64,000 nt of DNA from Alphaproteobacteria bacterium (GTDB taxonomy: Bacteria > Pseudomonadota > Alphaproteobacteria > Bin95). The stretch covers positions 128,001-192,000 of the forward strand of contig OZ219786.1 of the NCBI GenBank assembly GCA_964291285.2, read 5' to 3'. The notes under the pieces were generated by a model that saw only the letters and a program-made list of their open reading frames with translations, did not search any database and was not told the origin of the DNA. The position numbers were made by a program, and so were the translations under genes. Positions within the stretch are counted from its first letter, which is position 1, and the number at the start of each line of letters is the position of its first letter. This document shows, piece after piece, positions 32,695-41,551 of the stretch.

Positions 32695-33165
32695 AGGATG
32701 CTTCAAATATGAAAAAAATCTAATTAATCTGATTTTTGTTTCATATTTGATCTTGACATCTGGCGGATTGTGGTATGATGGTCCCCAAGGAAGCGGAATC
32801 CGGAGCCGCGTCCCCGGGTGCCGCGCGGCCGAGCGGCGCCGGTTTCTGAAAACCCGTGAGAAGCCGACGGGAGACGTGCGTCCTGCGTCTCGCGCGCGCA
32901 ATCAGGCGCGCGAACCGCGCCGGCGCCGACACGCGCACAGGCGCCCGCGCAGGATACGCGCGGAAAAGGGACCCGCTCCCCGTCGGAGCAAGGAGGAACG
33001 ATGAAGGCAACCCACCCTCGCCCCGGTCATGTCGAACCGCTGCCCCTTTTTCTCCTCGCACCCGGCAGGAGGTCAAAAAGCGGAGAGCCTTATGCCCGAA
33101 CCGGCTACAGAACATACGCCCCGCGCATGGGAAACATGACAGATCATGACATCCCATGACATACC
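32695..33165 (+). repeat. Dispersed element copy B (short form); boundaries approximate
   Basis: AT-rich end with TTGACA at 32753; core GCGCGCAATCAGGCGCGCGA 32894-32913 and GATACGCGCG 32953-32962; CATGAC at 33135, 33145, 33155. Confidence 0.82.
33001..33159 (+). CDS. Putative 52-aa small ORF within element B
   Basis: AAGGAGGAACG immediately before ATG; ends ..RMGNMTDHDIP* inside the CATGAC array. Confidence 0.3.
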   Translation: MKATHPRPGHVEPLPLFLLAPGRRSKSGEPYARTGYRTYAPRMGNMTDHDIP

Positions 33166-33190
33166 GCGCGGGGTCTGCGCCGGCGGGAGC

Positions 33191-33415
33191 CTATCCGGCT
33201 CTGGCGATCACGAACCGATAGGGCGCGTCCGCCTCCTGGGCTTCAACGATGTCATGGCCTTCCGTGGCGCAGAAATGGCGCATGTCGATGGGCGAGGCCG
33301 GGTCGTCGGTCAGCACCTCCAGCCGGTCGCCCGGCGCCATCGCCCTGAGGCGCTTGCGGGCCCGCAGGACCGGAATCGGACAGCGCAGGCCCGTGGCGTC
33401 GAGCAGGTCGGCCAT
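33191..33415 (-). CDS. TusA family sulfurtransferase
   Basis: LDATGLRCPIPVL, TDDPASPIDM. Confidence 0.9.
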   Translation of the reverse strand: MADLLDATGLRCPIPVLRARKRLRAMAPGDRLEVLTDDPASPIDMRHFCATEGHDIVEAQEADAPYRFVIARAG

Positions 33416-33418
33416 GGG

Positions 33419-34285
33419 TCAGAAGGCGTTGAGCGGGATCTTGAGATAGGCGCGGCCGTTGCTTTCCGGCTCCGGCAGGTCGCCGCCGCGCATGTTCACC
33501 TGGATCGAAGGCAGCAGCAGCGCCGGCACATCCAGCACCTTGTCCCGCTCGGTGCGCATGGCGACGAAGGCCTGCTCGTCGATGCCGTCGCGCACATGCC
33601 GGTTCGCCCTGCGCTCCTCTTCCACCGTCGTCTCCCACGCGACCTCCCGTCCGCCCGGCGCGTAGTCGTGCCCGACGAAGACGCGCGTTTCGGGCGGCAG
33701 CGACAGGATGCGGCGCGCCGAGCGGTAGAGCGCCGCCGCGTCGCCGCCGGGAAAGTCGCAGCGCGCGGTGCCGAAATCCGGCATGAAGACGGTGTCGCCC
33801 GTGAACGCGGCATCGCCGATGACATAGGTGACGCAGGCAGGCGTGTGGCCCGGCGTGTGCAGCACCCGCGCCGGCACCCGCCCCAGCCGGAACTGCTCCT
33901 CGTCGTCGAACAGCCGGTCGAACTGAGAGCCGTCGGTCAGGAATTCCGGCGGCAGATTGTAGATGTCCTTGAAGACCGCCTGCACATCGACGATGTGGCC
34001 GCCGATGGCCGTCCTGCCTCCGAGCGCCTGCTTCAGGAAGGCGCCGGCGCTCAGATGGTCGGCATGCACATGGGTTTCGAGGATCCACTCAACGCTGAGG
34101 CCGCGCTCGCGAACCCGCGCGACAAGCCGCTCGGCGAACGCCGTTTCGGTCCGTCCGGAGTAGATGTCGTAGTCGAGCACCGGATCGACGACGGCGGCCC
34201 GGCCGGTCCCGGGGCAGGCCACGATATAGCTCACCGTGGAGCTCGGCTCGTGAAACAGCGCCTCAACCAGCGGTCGTTCGGCCAT
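33419..34285 (-). CDS. MBL-fold persulfide dioxygenase (Sdo/Blh-like)
   Basis: ILETHVHADH, TPGHT, GTARCDFPGG, GHDY. Confidence 0.88.
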   Translation of the reverse strand: MAERPLVEALFHEPSSTVSYIVACPGTGRAAVVDPVLDYDIYSGRTETAFAERLVARVRERGLSVEWILETHVHADHLSAGAFLKQALGGRTAIGGHIVDVQAVFKDIYNLPPEFLTDGSQFDRLFDDEEQFRLGRVPARVLHTPGHTPACVTYVIGDAAFTGDTVFMPDFGTARCDFPGGDAAALYRSARRILSLPPETRVFVGHDYAPGGREVAWETTVEEERRANRHVRDGIDEQAFVAMRTERDKVLDVPALLLPSIQVNMRGGDLPEPESNGRAYLKIPLNAF

Positions 34286-34349
34286 GAGTCGCCCTCCCTC
34301 GCGGGGAAACGCTATCCTATACCGGATTCACAAACGGGAGAACGCATCC

Positions 34350-35102
34350 GTGAACGCGCCGCTGATCGACTACCACTCCGAGGACGGTATCGCAACGATT
34401 ACCCTCAACCGGCCCGACAAGATGAATGCCCTGTCGAACGGGCTCGTCGCCGAGCTGATCCAGGCCTTCGAGCGCCTGCAGGACAGCGATGACCGCGTCG
34501 CGATCCTGACCGGCGCGGGCGAGCGCGCCTTCTCGGTCGGCGCAGACCTGCGCGACCCGCCCCGCGACCCGGAGCTCTGGGAGTGCATGCCGGGCGTCGG
34601 CGTGATGGTGGACAAGCCGATCATCGCCGCCGTGCACGGCTACTGCGTGGGCGGCGCCTTCTGCCTGGTGGAGTTCTGCGACCTTGCCGTGGCCGACGAA
34701 ACCGCGGACTTCTTCTATCCCGAGGCGCAGATCGGGTTCTGCGGCGGGCTCATCGCCGGCCTCGCGGCGCGCATACCGCACAAGCTCGCGATGGAGTTCA
34801 TGATGACCGGAAAGCATTTCGACGGCGAACGCGCCGCCGAGATCGGCATGGTCAACCGTGCCGTGCCGCGGGGCGAGCTGATGGCCGCGGCAAGGGACTA
34901 CGCGACCATCCTCAGGGACAGCGCGCCGCTCGTGCTGCGAACGGTCAAGCGTTTCGTGCGCGATACCGTGGTCGCGCGCGGCCCCTCGGAACTCCAGGCG
35001 CTGGCCCGGCGGGAGTTGCTCTCGATCAGCCGCAGCGAGGACCAGAAGGAAGGCGGGCGGGCGTTCCGCGAGAAGCGCAAGCCCATGTTCACCGGCCGAT
35101 GA
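34350..35102 (+). CDS. Enoyl-CoA hydratase/isomerase family protein
   Basis: LNRPDKMNAL, FSVGADL, AVHGYCVGG. Confidence 0.88.
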   Translation: MNAPLIDYHSEDGIATITLNRPDKMNALSNGLVAELIQAFERLQDSDDRVAILTGAGERAFSVGADLRDPPRDPELWECMPGVGVMVDKPIIAAVHGYCVGGAFCLVEFCDLAVADETADFFYPEAQIGFCGGLIAGLAARIPHKLAMEFMMTGKHFDGERAAEIGMVNRAVPRGELMAAARDYATILRDSAPLVLRTVKRFVRDTVVARGPSELQALARRELLSISRSEDQKEGGRAFREKRKPMFTGR

Positions 35103-35887
35103 GCGCGGAAATCGTCTTCGAGGTCCGGGACAGGGTCGGCCTCATCCGCCTCAACCGGCCGGAAAAGCTCAACGCCTTCACCAACTCCATGCTCGAAGAC
35201 TGGCTGGAGGCGCTGGACGAGGCGGAAGCCCGCGAGGATGTGCGCTGCCTCGTCATCACCGGCACGGGGCGCGGCTTCACCACCGGCGGCGATGTCTCGA
35301 CGATGGGAGGCGGGCAGGACAACAGCCCGAAGACCACGAAGGACCGCATCTGGGAGACGATCCAGGCGGTGCCGAAGCGGCTCGCCGGCATGGACACGCC
35401 AACGATCGCCGCCGTCAACGGCGTCGCCACGGGCGGCGGAGTGGATGTCGCGCTCGCCTGCGACATAAGGGTCTGCGCCGCCTCGGCGCGTTTTGCCGAG
35501 ACCTATGCCCGGCTGGGCCTCATTCCCGGCGCGGGCGGGGCCTATTTCCTGCCCCGCGCCGTGGGCGTGGCCCGCGCGCTGGAGCTGCTCTGGACAGCGG
35601 AGTTCATCGACGCGGAGACGGCCGAGCGCATCGGGCTCGTGAACCATGTCTATCCGGACGAGAGCTTCCTCGACGACGCGATGGCGCTTGCCGGGCGCAT
35701 CGTTGCCGCCGCGCCGCTCTCGGTGCGCTACATCAAGCGGACGGTCTATCGCTCGCTCGCCACCGACATGCTCACCAGCTTCGACCTCGTGTCCTCGCAC
35801 ATGACAGTCGTGCGCTCGTCCGAGGACCATGTCGAGGCCGTCGCGGCTTTCCGCGAGAAACGCACGCCCGACTTCAAGGGCCGTTGA
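35099..35887 (+). CDS. Enoyl-CoA hydratase/isomerase family protein
   Basis: LNRPEKLNAF, AVNGVATGGG, AFREKRTPDFKGR. Confidence 0.9.
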   Translation: MSAEIVFEVRDRVGLIRLNRPEKLNAFTNSMLEDWLEALDEAEAREDVRCLVITGTGRGFTTGGDVSTMGGGQDNSPKTTKDRIWETIQAVPKRLAGMDTPTIAAVNGVATGGGVDVALACDIRVCAASARFAETYARLGLIPGAGGAYFLPRAVGVARALELLWTAEFIDAETAERIGLVNHVYPDESFLDDAMALAGRIVAAAPLSVRYIKRTVYRSLATDMLTSFDLVSSHMTVVRSSEDHVEAVAAFREKRTPDFKGR

Positions 35888-35919
35888 CATCCCCTGCCCC
35901 GCCTGCGGCCGCACCGGAA

Positions 35920-35955
35920 CATGACACTTCATGACATCCCATGACACTTCATGAC
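35920..35955. repeat. Solo CATGAC x4 array with 10-bp period
   Basis: CATGAC at 35920, 35930, 35940, 35950. Confidence 0.9.
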
Positions 35956-36033
35956 GCTCCTGCCCTTCCGGCGTTCTCCGGCGCGGGGCATATTGGCCGC
36001 TCCGATTGCCGCTTCCATCAGGAGACCTGAACC

Positions 36034-36741
36034 TTGCCCAAGTTAACCGAACAGGACCTTGCGGCGCTGCGCGCGCTCAACACGCCCACGATCTGCAACG
36101 CGCTGGAGGTCGTGGCCGGCAGCCGGCTGAACACCGGCTTCACCGTCGAGCCGCTGGTCTGCCCCTTCCCGGACCTACCGCCTATCGTCGGCTATGCGCG
36201 CACCGGCACCATACGCTCACAATTCCCGAGCGCCGTGGGCGGCAACGATGCCGCGAAGCTGCGCGTTTCCTACTACGACTATGTCGCCCATGGCGGCCCC
36301 GCGCCGCAGATCGTGGTGCTGCAGGACCTCGACGGCCCGCGCGCCGGCTTCGGCGCCTTCTGGGGCGAGGTGAACTCCAACATCCACAAGGCGCTCGGCT
36401 GCCTCGGCGTCGTCACGGACGGCTGCATCCGGGACATTCCGGACTGGGCGGACGGCTTCCAGGCCGTGGCCGGCTCGATCAAGCCCGCGCACGCCCATGT
36501 GCATGTGGTCGATTTCGGCGGACAGATCAGCGTCGCCGGCATGGTCGTCAACAGCGGCGACCTCGTGCATGCCGACCAGCACGGCGCGGCGGTCATTCCC
36601 ATCGACCAGGCGCGCGAGGTGCCGAAGGCGGCGGCCGAGGTAGCGGCCAAGGAAAAGGTCGTGCTGGACGTCTGCCGCGGCTCCGGTTTCACCTTCGAGA
36701 AGCTGAAACGCGCCATGCTCGGCCCCGAAGACGTGCACTGA
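36034..36741 (+). CDS. RraA/HMG aldolase family protein
   Basis: WGEVN, VTDGCIRD, GDLVHADQHG. Confidence 0.85.
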   Translation: MPKLTEQDLAALRALNTPTICNALEVVAGSRLNTGFTVEPLVCPFPDLPPIVGYARTGTIRSQFPSAVGGNDAAKLRVSYYDYVAHGGPAPQIVVLQDLDGPRAGFGAFWGEVNSNIHKALGCLGVVTDGCIRDIPDWADGFQAVAGSIKPAHAHVHVVDFGGQISVAGMVVNSGDLVHADQHGAAVIPIDQAREVPKAAAEVAAKEKVVLDVCRGSGFTFEKLKRAMLGPEDVH

Positions 36742-36753
36742 CACTTCTGCGCC

Positions 36754-37272
36754 ATGCGTCTCCCCCTCCTGCCGCTGGCCGCGATGGCCGGGCTGGTCGC
36801 GCTCTCCAACGTGCTCGTCCAGTATCCGATCAATGACTGGCTGACCTGGGGCGCGTTCACCTATCCGGTCTGCTTCCTGGTCACGGACCTCACCAACCGG
36901 ATGCACGGCGCGGCGACGGCGCGGCGGGTCGTCTATGTCGGCTTCGCCGCGGCCGTCGTGCTGTCCATCGTTTTGGCGACGCCGCGAATCGCGGTCGCCT
37001 CGGGCCTGGCCTTCCTGGTCGCCCAGCTTCTGGACGTGACGGTGTTCGACCGGATGCGGCAGCGGGCATGGTGGCAGGCGCCGCTGGTCTCCTCGATGCT
37101 CGGCTCGGCCGTCGATACGGCGCTGTTCTTCTCGATCGCCTTCTACGGCACCGGGATTCCCTGGGTCACGCTCGGGATCGGGGACTTCCTCTGGAAGGTC
37201 GCCTTCGCGCTCGCCATGCTGATTCCGTTCCGGCTGCTGATGCCGGCGACGGCCGGGCGGGCCGCTCAGTAG
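36754..37272 (+). CDS. VUT family (YhhQ-like) queuosine precursor transporter
   Basis: SNVLVQ, TWGAFTYP..FLVTDL, AQLLDVTVFD. Confidence 0.85.
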   Translation: MRLPLLPLAAMAGLVALSNVLVQYPINDWLTWGAFTYPVCFLVTDLTNRMHGAATARRVVYVGFAAAVVLSIVLATPRIAVASGLAFLVAQLLDVTVFDRMRQRAWWQAPLVSSMLGSAVDTALFFSIAFYGTGIPWVTLGIGDFLWKVAFALAMLIPFRLLMPATAGRAAQ

Positions 37273-38024
37273 TGGGAGACGCCGCCCTCCGCCGGGATCA
37301 CCGCGCCATTGACCATGCGGGACTCGTCCGACGCCAGGAAGAGCCCGATATTGGCGATGTCCTCCGGCGGACCGATGCTGAACGGATAGCTCTCGAAGAT
37401 CGCGAACGGCCCCTCCTGCCGGCGTTCCCCGTCCGGCCCCGGATAGCGCGCAAGGATGCGTTCGGTCAGGATGAGTCCGGGGCAGATGACATTGGCCCGC
37501 ACGCCCTCGTCGGAATAGGAGCCGGCGAGCGAGCGGGTGAAGGAGATCAGCCCGCCCTTCGCCGCGGAATAGACATGGCTGGGAACGAAACCGCGCAAAG
37601 CTGCGACGGAGGAGATGTTGATGACGGCCCCGCCGCCGCCCGCGATCATGTGGGGCACGACATGGCGGCACATCAGCATCGGGCCCTTGAGGTCGAGCGG
37701 GATCGTGCGGTCCCAGACGGCGAGATCGACCTCGTGGATCTTCGAGTCCTCGGGAACCGAGCCGCCCGCGCAGTTGAACAGGATGTCGATACGCCCGAAC
37801 TCGGCCATCGCCGCCGCCGCGCAGGCCGCTGCAGAAGCGTCATCGGTCACATCGGTGCGGTGGAAGACGGCGCCGTTCTCGGCTGCCGTTGCGGACCCGG
37901 CCGCTTCGTTGATTTCCGCCACCATCACCTTCGCGCCCTCGCGAATGAAAATGCCCGTGGCCGCCCTGGCGATTCCGGTTCCAGCCCCGGTAATCACCGC
38001 GGTCTTGCCTTCGAGCCGTCCCAT
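37266..38024 (-). CDS. SDR family oxidoreductase (tandem paralog 2)
   Basis: TGAGTGI, YSAAKGG. Confidence 0.9.
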   Translation of the reverse strand: MGRLEGKTAVITGAGTGIARAATGIFIREGAKVMVAEINEAAGSATAAENGAVFHRTDVTDDASAAACAAAAMAEFGRIDILFNCAGGSVPEDSKIHEVDLAVWDRTIPLDLKGPMLMCRHVVPHMIAGGGGAVINISSVAALRGFVPSHVYSAAKGGLISFTRSLAGSYSDEGVRANVICPGLILTERILARYPGPDGERRQEGPFAIFESYPFSIGPPEDIANIGLFLASDESRMVNGAVIPAEGGVSHY

Positions 38025-38054
38025 ATCCTGCACTCCTCTCCTTGCCGCCGCCCG

Positions 38055-38813
38055 TCAATAGGCGGAGATGCCGCCTTCTCCCGGGATGACCGCGCCGTTC
38101 ACCATGCGCGACTCGTCCGACGCCAGGAAGAGCGCGATATTGGCGATGTCCTCGGGCTGGCCGACGCCGAACGGATATTGTTCGAAGGTGCCGATCGAGC
38201 CTTCGCGCGGGCGCTCCTCGTTCGGCTGTCGGTAGCGGGCGCGGACGCGCTCGGTCAGGATGAGCCCCGGACAGATCACGTTGGCGCGCACGCCCCGGTC
38301 CGAATAGGAGCCGGCCAGCGAGCGCGTGAAGGAGATCAGCCCGCCCTTCGCCGCCGAATAGATATGCGCCGGATGGTTGCCGCGCAGCGCCACGACGGAA
38401 GAGACGTTGACGACGGCGCCGCCGCCGCCCGCGATCATGTGCGGCACGACATGGCGGCACATCAGCATCGGGCCCTTGAGATCGAGCGGGATCGTGCGGT
38501 CCCAGACACCGAGATCGACATCATGGATCGCCGTGTCCTCGATCACCGACCCACCGGCGCAGTTGAACAGAATGTCTATGCGACCGAACTCGGCCATCGC
38601 CGCCGCCGCGCAGGCGGCCGCCGAGGCATCGTCAGTCACGTCGGTGCGGTGGAAGGCGGCGCCCGTCTCCGCCGCCGCAGCAGCGCCCGCCGCCTCGTCG
38701 ATCTCCGCCACCATCACCTTCGCGCCTTCGCGGATGAAGATTCCGGTGGCTGCCCTGGCGATCCCGGATCCGGCGCCGGTAATGATCGCAGTCTTGCCTT
38801 CCAGGCGTCCCAT
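38055..38813 (-). CDS. SDR family oxidoreductase (tandem paralog 1)
   Basis: TGAGSGI, YSAAKGG. Confidence 0.9.
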   Translation of the reverse strand: MGRLEGKTAIITGAGSGIARAATGIFIREGAKVMVAEIDEAAGAAAAAETGAAFHRTDVTDDASAAACAAAAMAEFGRIDILFNCAGGSVIEDTAIHDVDLGVWDRTIPLDLKGPMLMCRHVVPHMIAGGGGAVVNVSSVVALRGNHPAHIYSAAKGGLISFTRSLAGSYSDRGVRANVICPGLILTERVRARYRQPNEERPREGSIGTFEQYPFGVGQPEDIANIALFLASDESRMVNGAVIPGEGGISAY

Positions 38814-38853
38814 CTCTTGCTTTCCTCCCGATCCGGGCGCTAGGGTCGCGCCC

Positions 38854-40500
38854 ATGGCACAAGAGCTTATCAACCCCTGCGGCATCTACCAGCGCAATAG
38901 CGGCGCGCTGGCGCCGCGGCGATCCCTGGAAGACGTTAAGACCGTCGGCCTGTTCTCCAATCTCAAGGCGAATGCAGACCTTTACCTGGAAGAGGTGTCG
39001 CACCGGTTGAAGGCGCGCTACCCGCATCTGGAGTTCGAACTCTTCCAGAAGATTGCGAGCGAGCCCGCAAATTTCTCCCAGCCCTGGCTTGACCGGGTCC
39101 ACGCCGTGGCCGCCGCTTTCGGGGACTGAGGTTCCTGCACGTCGTGGTGTATCCATGACGCGATCAAGCTTGAAGAACGCGGCATTCCCGTGGCCGTCAC
39201 CTGCACCGACGAGTTCTTTGCCCTTGGAAAAGCGGAAGCCGAATGCCTCGGCATGGCGGGCCTGCCGATTGCGGTCGTCCCGCATCCGGTGGCGAAACTG
39301 CCTCCGGTCGGTGTGGCGGAAATCGCCGATGAGGCGATAGACCAGATCGTCCACATGCTGGAAGCAGACGCGGCGGCACTCGCGGAGGAATGCCGCAACC
39401 GTCCCCTGCCGAAGCGCGGCCGGATGCGCTACCGCTCGCTGTTCGAGGGCGACTTCAACGCGCCCGGCGCGCCGGAGCGGATTTCAGGTCCTGACTCGCC
39501 GGAGGCGCTGAACCGCGTCTTCTACCAGCGCGGCTGGACTGACGGCCTGCCTTTCGTTCCGCCGACGCCCGACCGCTGGGAGGCGATGCTGGGCGGACGC
39601 GATCCCGATGAGGAAATCGGGTTCATCGAACCGCGCCTCGGCCTCGCGACGGTCGGCAAGGTCGCCGCCAATGCCGTTATGGCCGGGGCGACGCCCGCCA
39701 TGATGCCGGTCGTCCTTGCCGCGACGCGTGCGATGACCGCCGAGCGGCTGAACCTGAAGGCGCTCCAGTCCACGACCCACCCCTGCGGCCTGCTGACCGT
39801 CGTGCATGGTCCGATGGCGGAAGACCTAGATATCGCCTCCGGCACGAACTGCATGGGCCAGGGCGCCCACGCCAATGCCGCGATCGGGCGCGCCGTCCGG
39901 CTCGTACTCACCAATATCGGCGGCGCCCAGCCCGGCGTGCTCGACCGCGCGACGATGGGCACGCCCGCCAAATACAGCTACTGCTTCGCGGAGAACGGCG
40001 AGGCCAATCCCTGGGCGCCTTTCCAGGCCGAGCGGGGCTTCGGCGCGGAGGAAAACGCAGTCACGGTCTGCGGCGTCGAGGGCCCACACAATGTCAACGA
40101 TCACTACAGCGAAACGGCCGAAGACGTTCTGCTGACGATCTGCGGCACCATGGCGACGCCGGGCTGCAACAACTCCTATTTCCACGGCGAATATCTCGTG
40201 GTGATCGGCCCGGAACACGCCGAGGTGATCGCGCGCGAGGGCTGGTCGAAGGAAGATGTCGAGCGCTTCATCATCGAGCGCGCGATCATTCCGCGCTGGC
40301 ATGTCGGCAAGGCGCAGATGGCGCTCTACCGCCAGCAGGTGCCGGAGCGGTTCGTCGGCCCGGACGGCAGGGACGGCGTGCGCATCGTCAGCGAGCGGGA
40401 GCAACTCATGGTCATGGTCGCCGGCGGGGCGGGACGCCACTCCTGCGTCATCCCGTCCTTCGGCAGTACGCTCTCCGTAACCGAGGCGATCCGGGACTAG
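38854..40500 (+). CDS. UGSC-family selenoprotein fused to a C-terminal WTDGLP..PPT domain (548 aa, Sec92)
   Basis: In-frame TGA at 39127-39129 reads AFGD-U-GSCTSWCIHD..LEERGIP; the frame runs on into the 39190-40500 ORF. Confidence 0.82.
39140..39160 (+). promoter_or_regulatory. Bacterial SECIS-like hairpin
   Basis: CGTCGTGG-TGTAT-CCATGACG stem-loop; the G-containing loop begins 18 nt after the TGA. Confidence 0.65.
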
Positions 40501-40504
40501 CCGG

Positions 40505-41485
40505 TCATCCTCTCAGGTCGGCGAGGAGCGGCATGACGTCGCCGGCGAAGCGTTCGATCTGCTCCGAACGCCGGTCGTAAGGACCGACAAGATCGACAAC
40601 GATGTGCCTTGCGCCTGCCCGGTGGAAGTCGCGGATTCGCCCGGCAACCTGCTTGCTGGTGCCGAGCGCAGCGTAGCGCGCCGCCGCCTTGCGGAAGTCC
40701 ATCGCATAGCGGAGGGACAGCGACTCGGTAGCGGTGTCGAGGGCGCGCTCATAGTTGTCGTCGATGCGGGTGAACAGCAGGTGACCGGTGCCGAACGGCA
40801 CATCGCCGCGCCCCGCCGCCTCGGCCGCCTGCCCTATCTCGCCCAGGGCCTGCGCGAACATATCCGGCGTCACGACATATGAGACATAGCCATTCGCGAG
40901 CCTGCCCGCGCGCCGCAGTGCCGGCGAACGCCGTCCGCCGCACCAGATCGGCGGGCCGCCCGATTGCCTGGGCGGCGGCAGCATCGGCACATCCTCGAAG
41001 GAGAAATGGCGCCCGCAATAGCTTGCCGGCCTTCCTGACCAAAGCGCGCGGACCGCCTCGATACTCTCGGTCAGCCGGCGGCCCCGTTCCTCCCGGGACA
41101 CGCCGCATACCTCGTATTCCTTCGGGAACTCGCCCCCGACGCCGACGCCGAAGATGAAACGCCCTTCGCTCAGATGGTCGAGCGTGGCCGTCATCTTTGC
41201 CACCGGCCCCGGATGGCGCAGCGGCAGCAGATAGACGCCTGTGCCGAAGACCAGCCGCCGGCTCGCTACCGCCGCCTGCGCGATCATCAGCAGAGGATCG
41301 AGGAACGGAATGGCGAAGGAAACATGGTCGCCCAGCCAGATTTCGTCGAAGCCCTTTCTGTCCACATCCTCGACAAAGGCCACGAGGTCGTCGATGCGCG
41401 GAAGCCAGGGGCCGGTTTCGAAATCCCCCTGGCGATGGATCGTCTGGATACCGAGTTTCAGTCCCTCTTCAAGCCGGAGCGCCAT
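40505..41485 (-). CDS. LLM class flavin-dependent oxidoreductase
   Basis: WLGDHV, LLPLRHPGPVAK..ATLDHLSEGRFIFGVG, PPIWCGG. Confidence 0.9.
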   Translation of the reverse strand: MALRLEEGLKLGIQTIHRQGDFETGPWLPRIDDLVAFVEDVDRKGFDEIWLGDHVSFAIPFLDPLLMIAQAAVASRRLVFGTGVYLLPLRHPGPVAKMTATLDHLSEGRFIFGVGVGGEFPKEYEVCGVSREERGRRLTESIEAVRALWSGRPASYCGRHFSFEDVPMLPPPRQSGGPPIWCGGRRSPALRRAGRLANGYVSYVVTPDMFAQALGEIGQAAEAAGRGDVPFGTGHLLFTRIDDNYERALDTATESLSLRYAMDFRKAAARYAALGTSKQVAGRIRDFHRAGARHIVVDLVGPYDRRSEQIERFAGDVMPLLADLRG

Positions 41486-41551
41486 GCGCCTCCCTCCCCG
41501 CGGCTGGCGTTTTGCGGTATAGAGCGTCATCCGCAGGGGAGACGCAATGCG

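Noticed and set aside
35920-35955. CATGAC arrays as CRISPR or Pho boxes
   Set aside because: Units are 10 bp with no long unique spacers and no cas genes; Pho boxes (CTGTCAT) have an 11-bp period and sit in promoters, whereas these lie mostly at gene 3' ends
39153-39159. CCATGAC in the SECIS stem as a member of the repeat family
   Set aside because: Single copy, explained by the His-Asp codons and stem pairing
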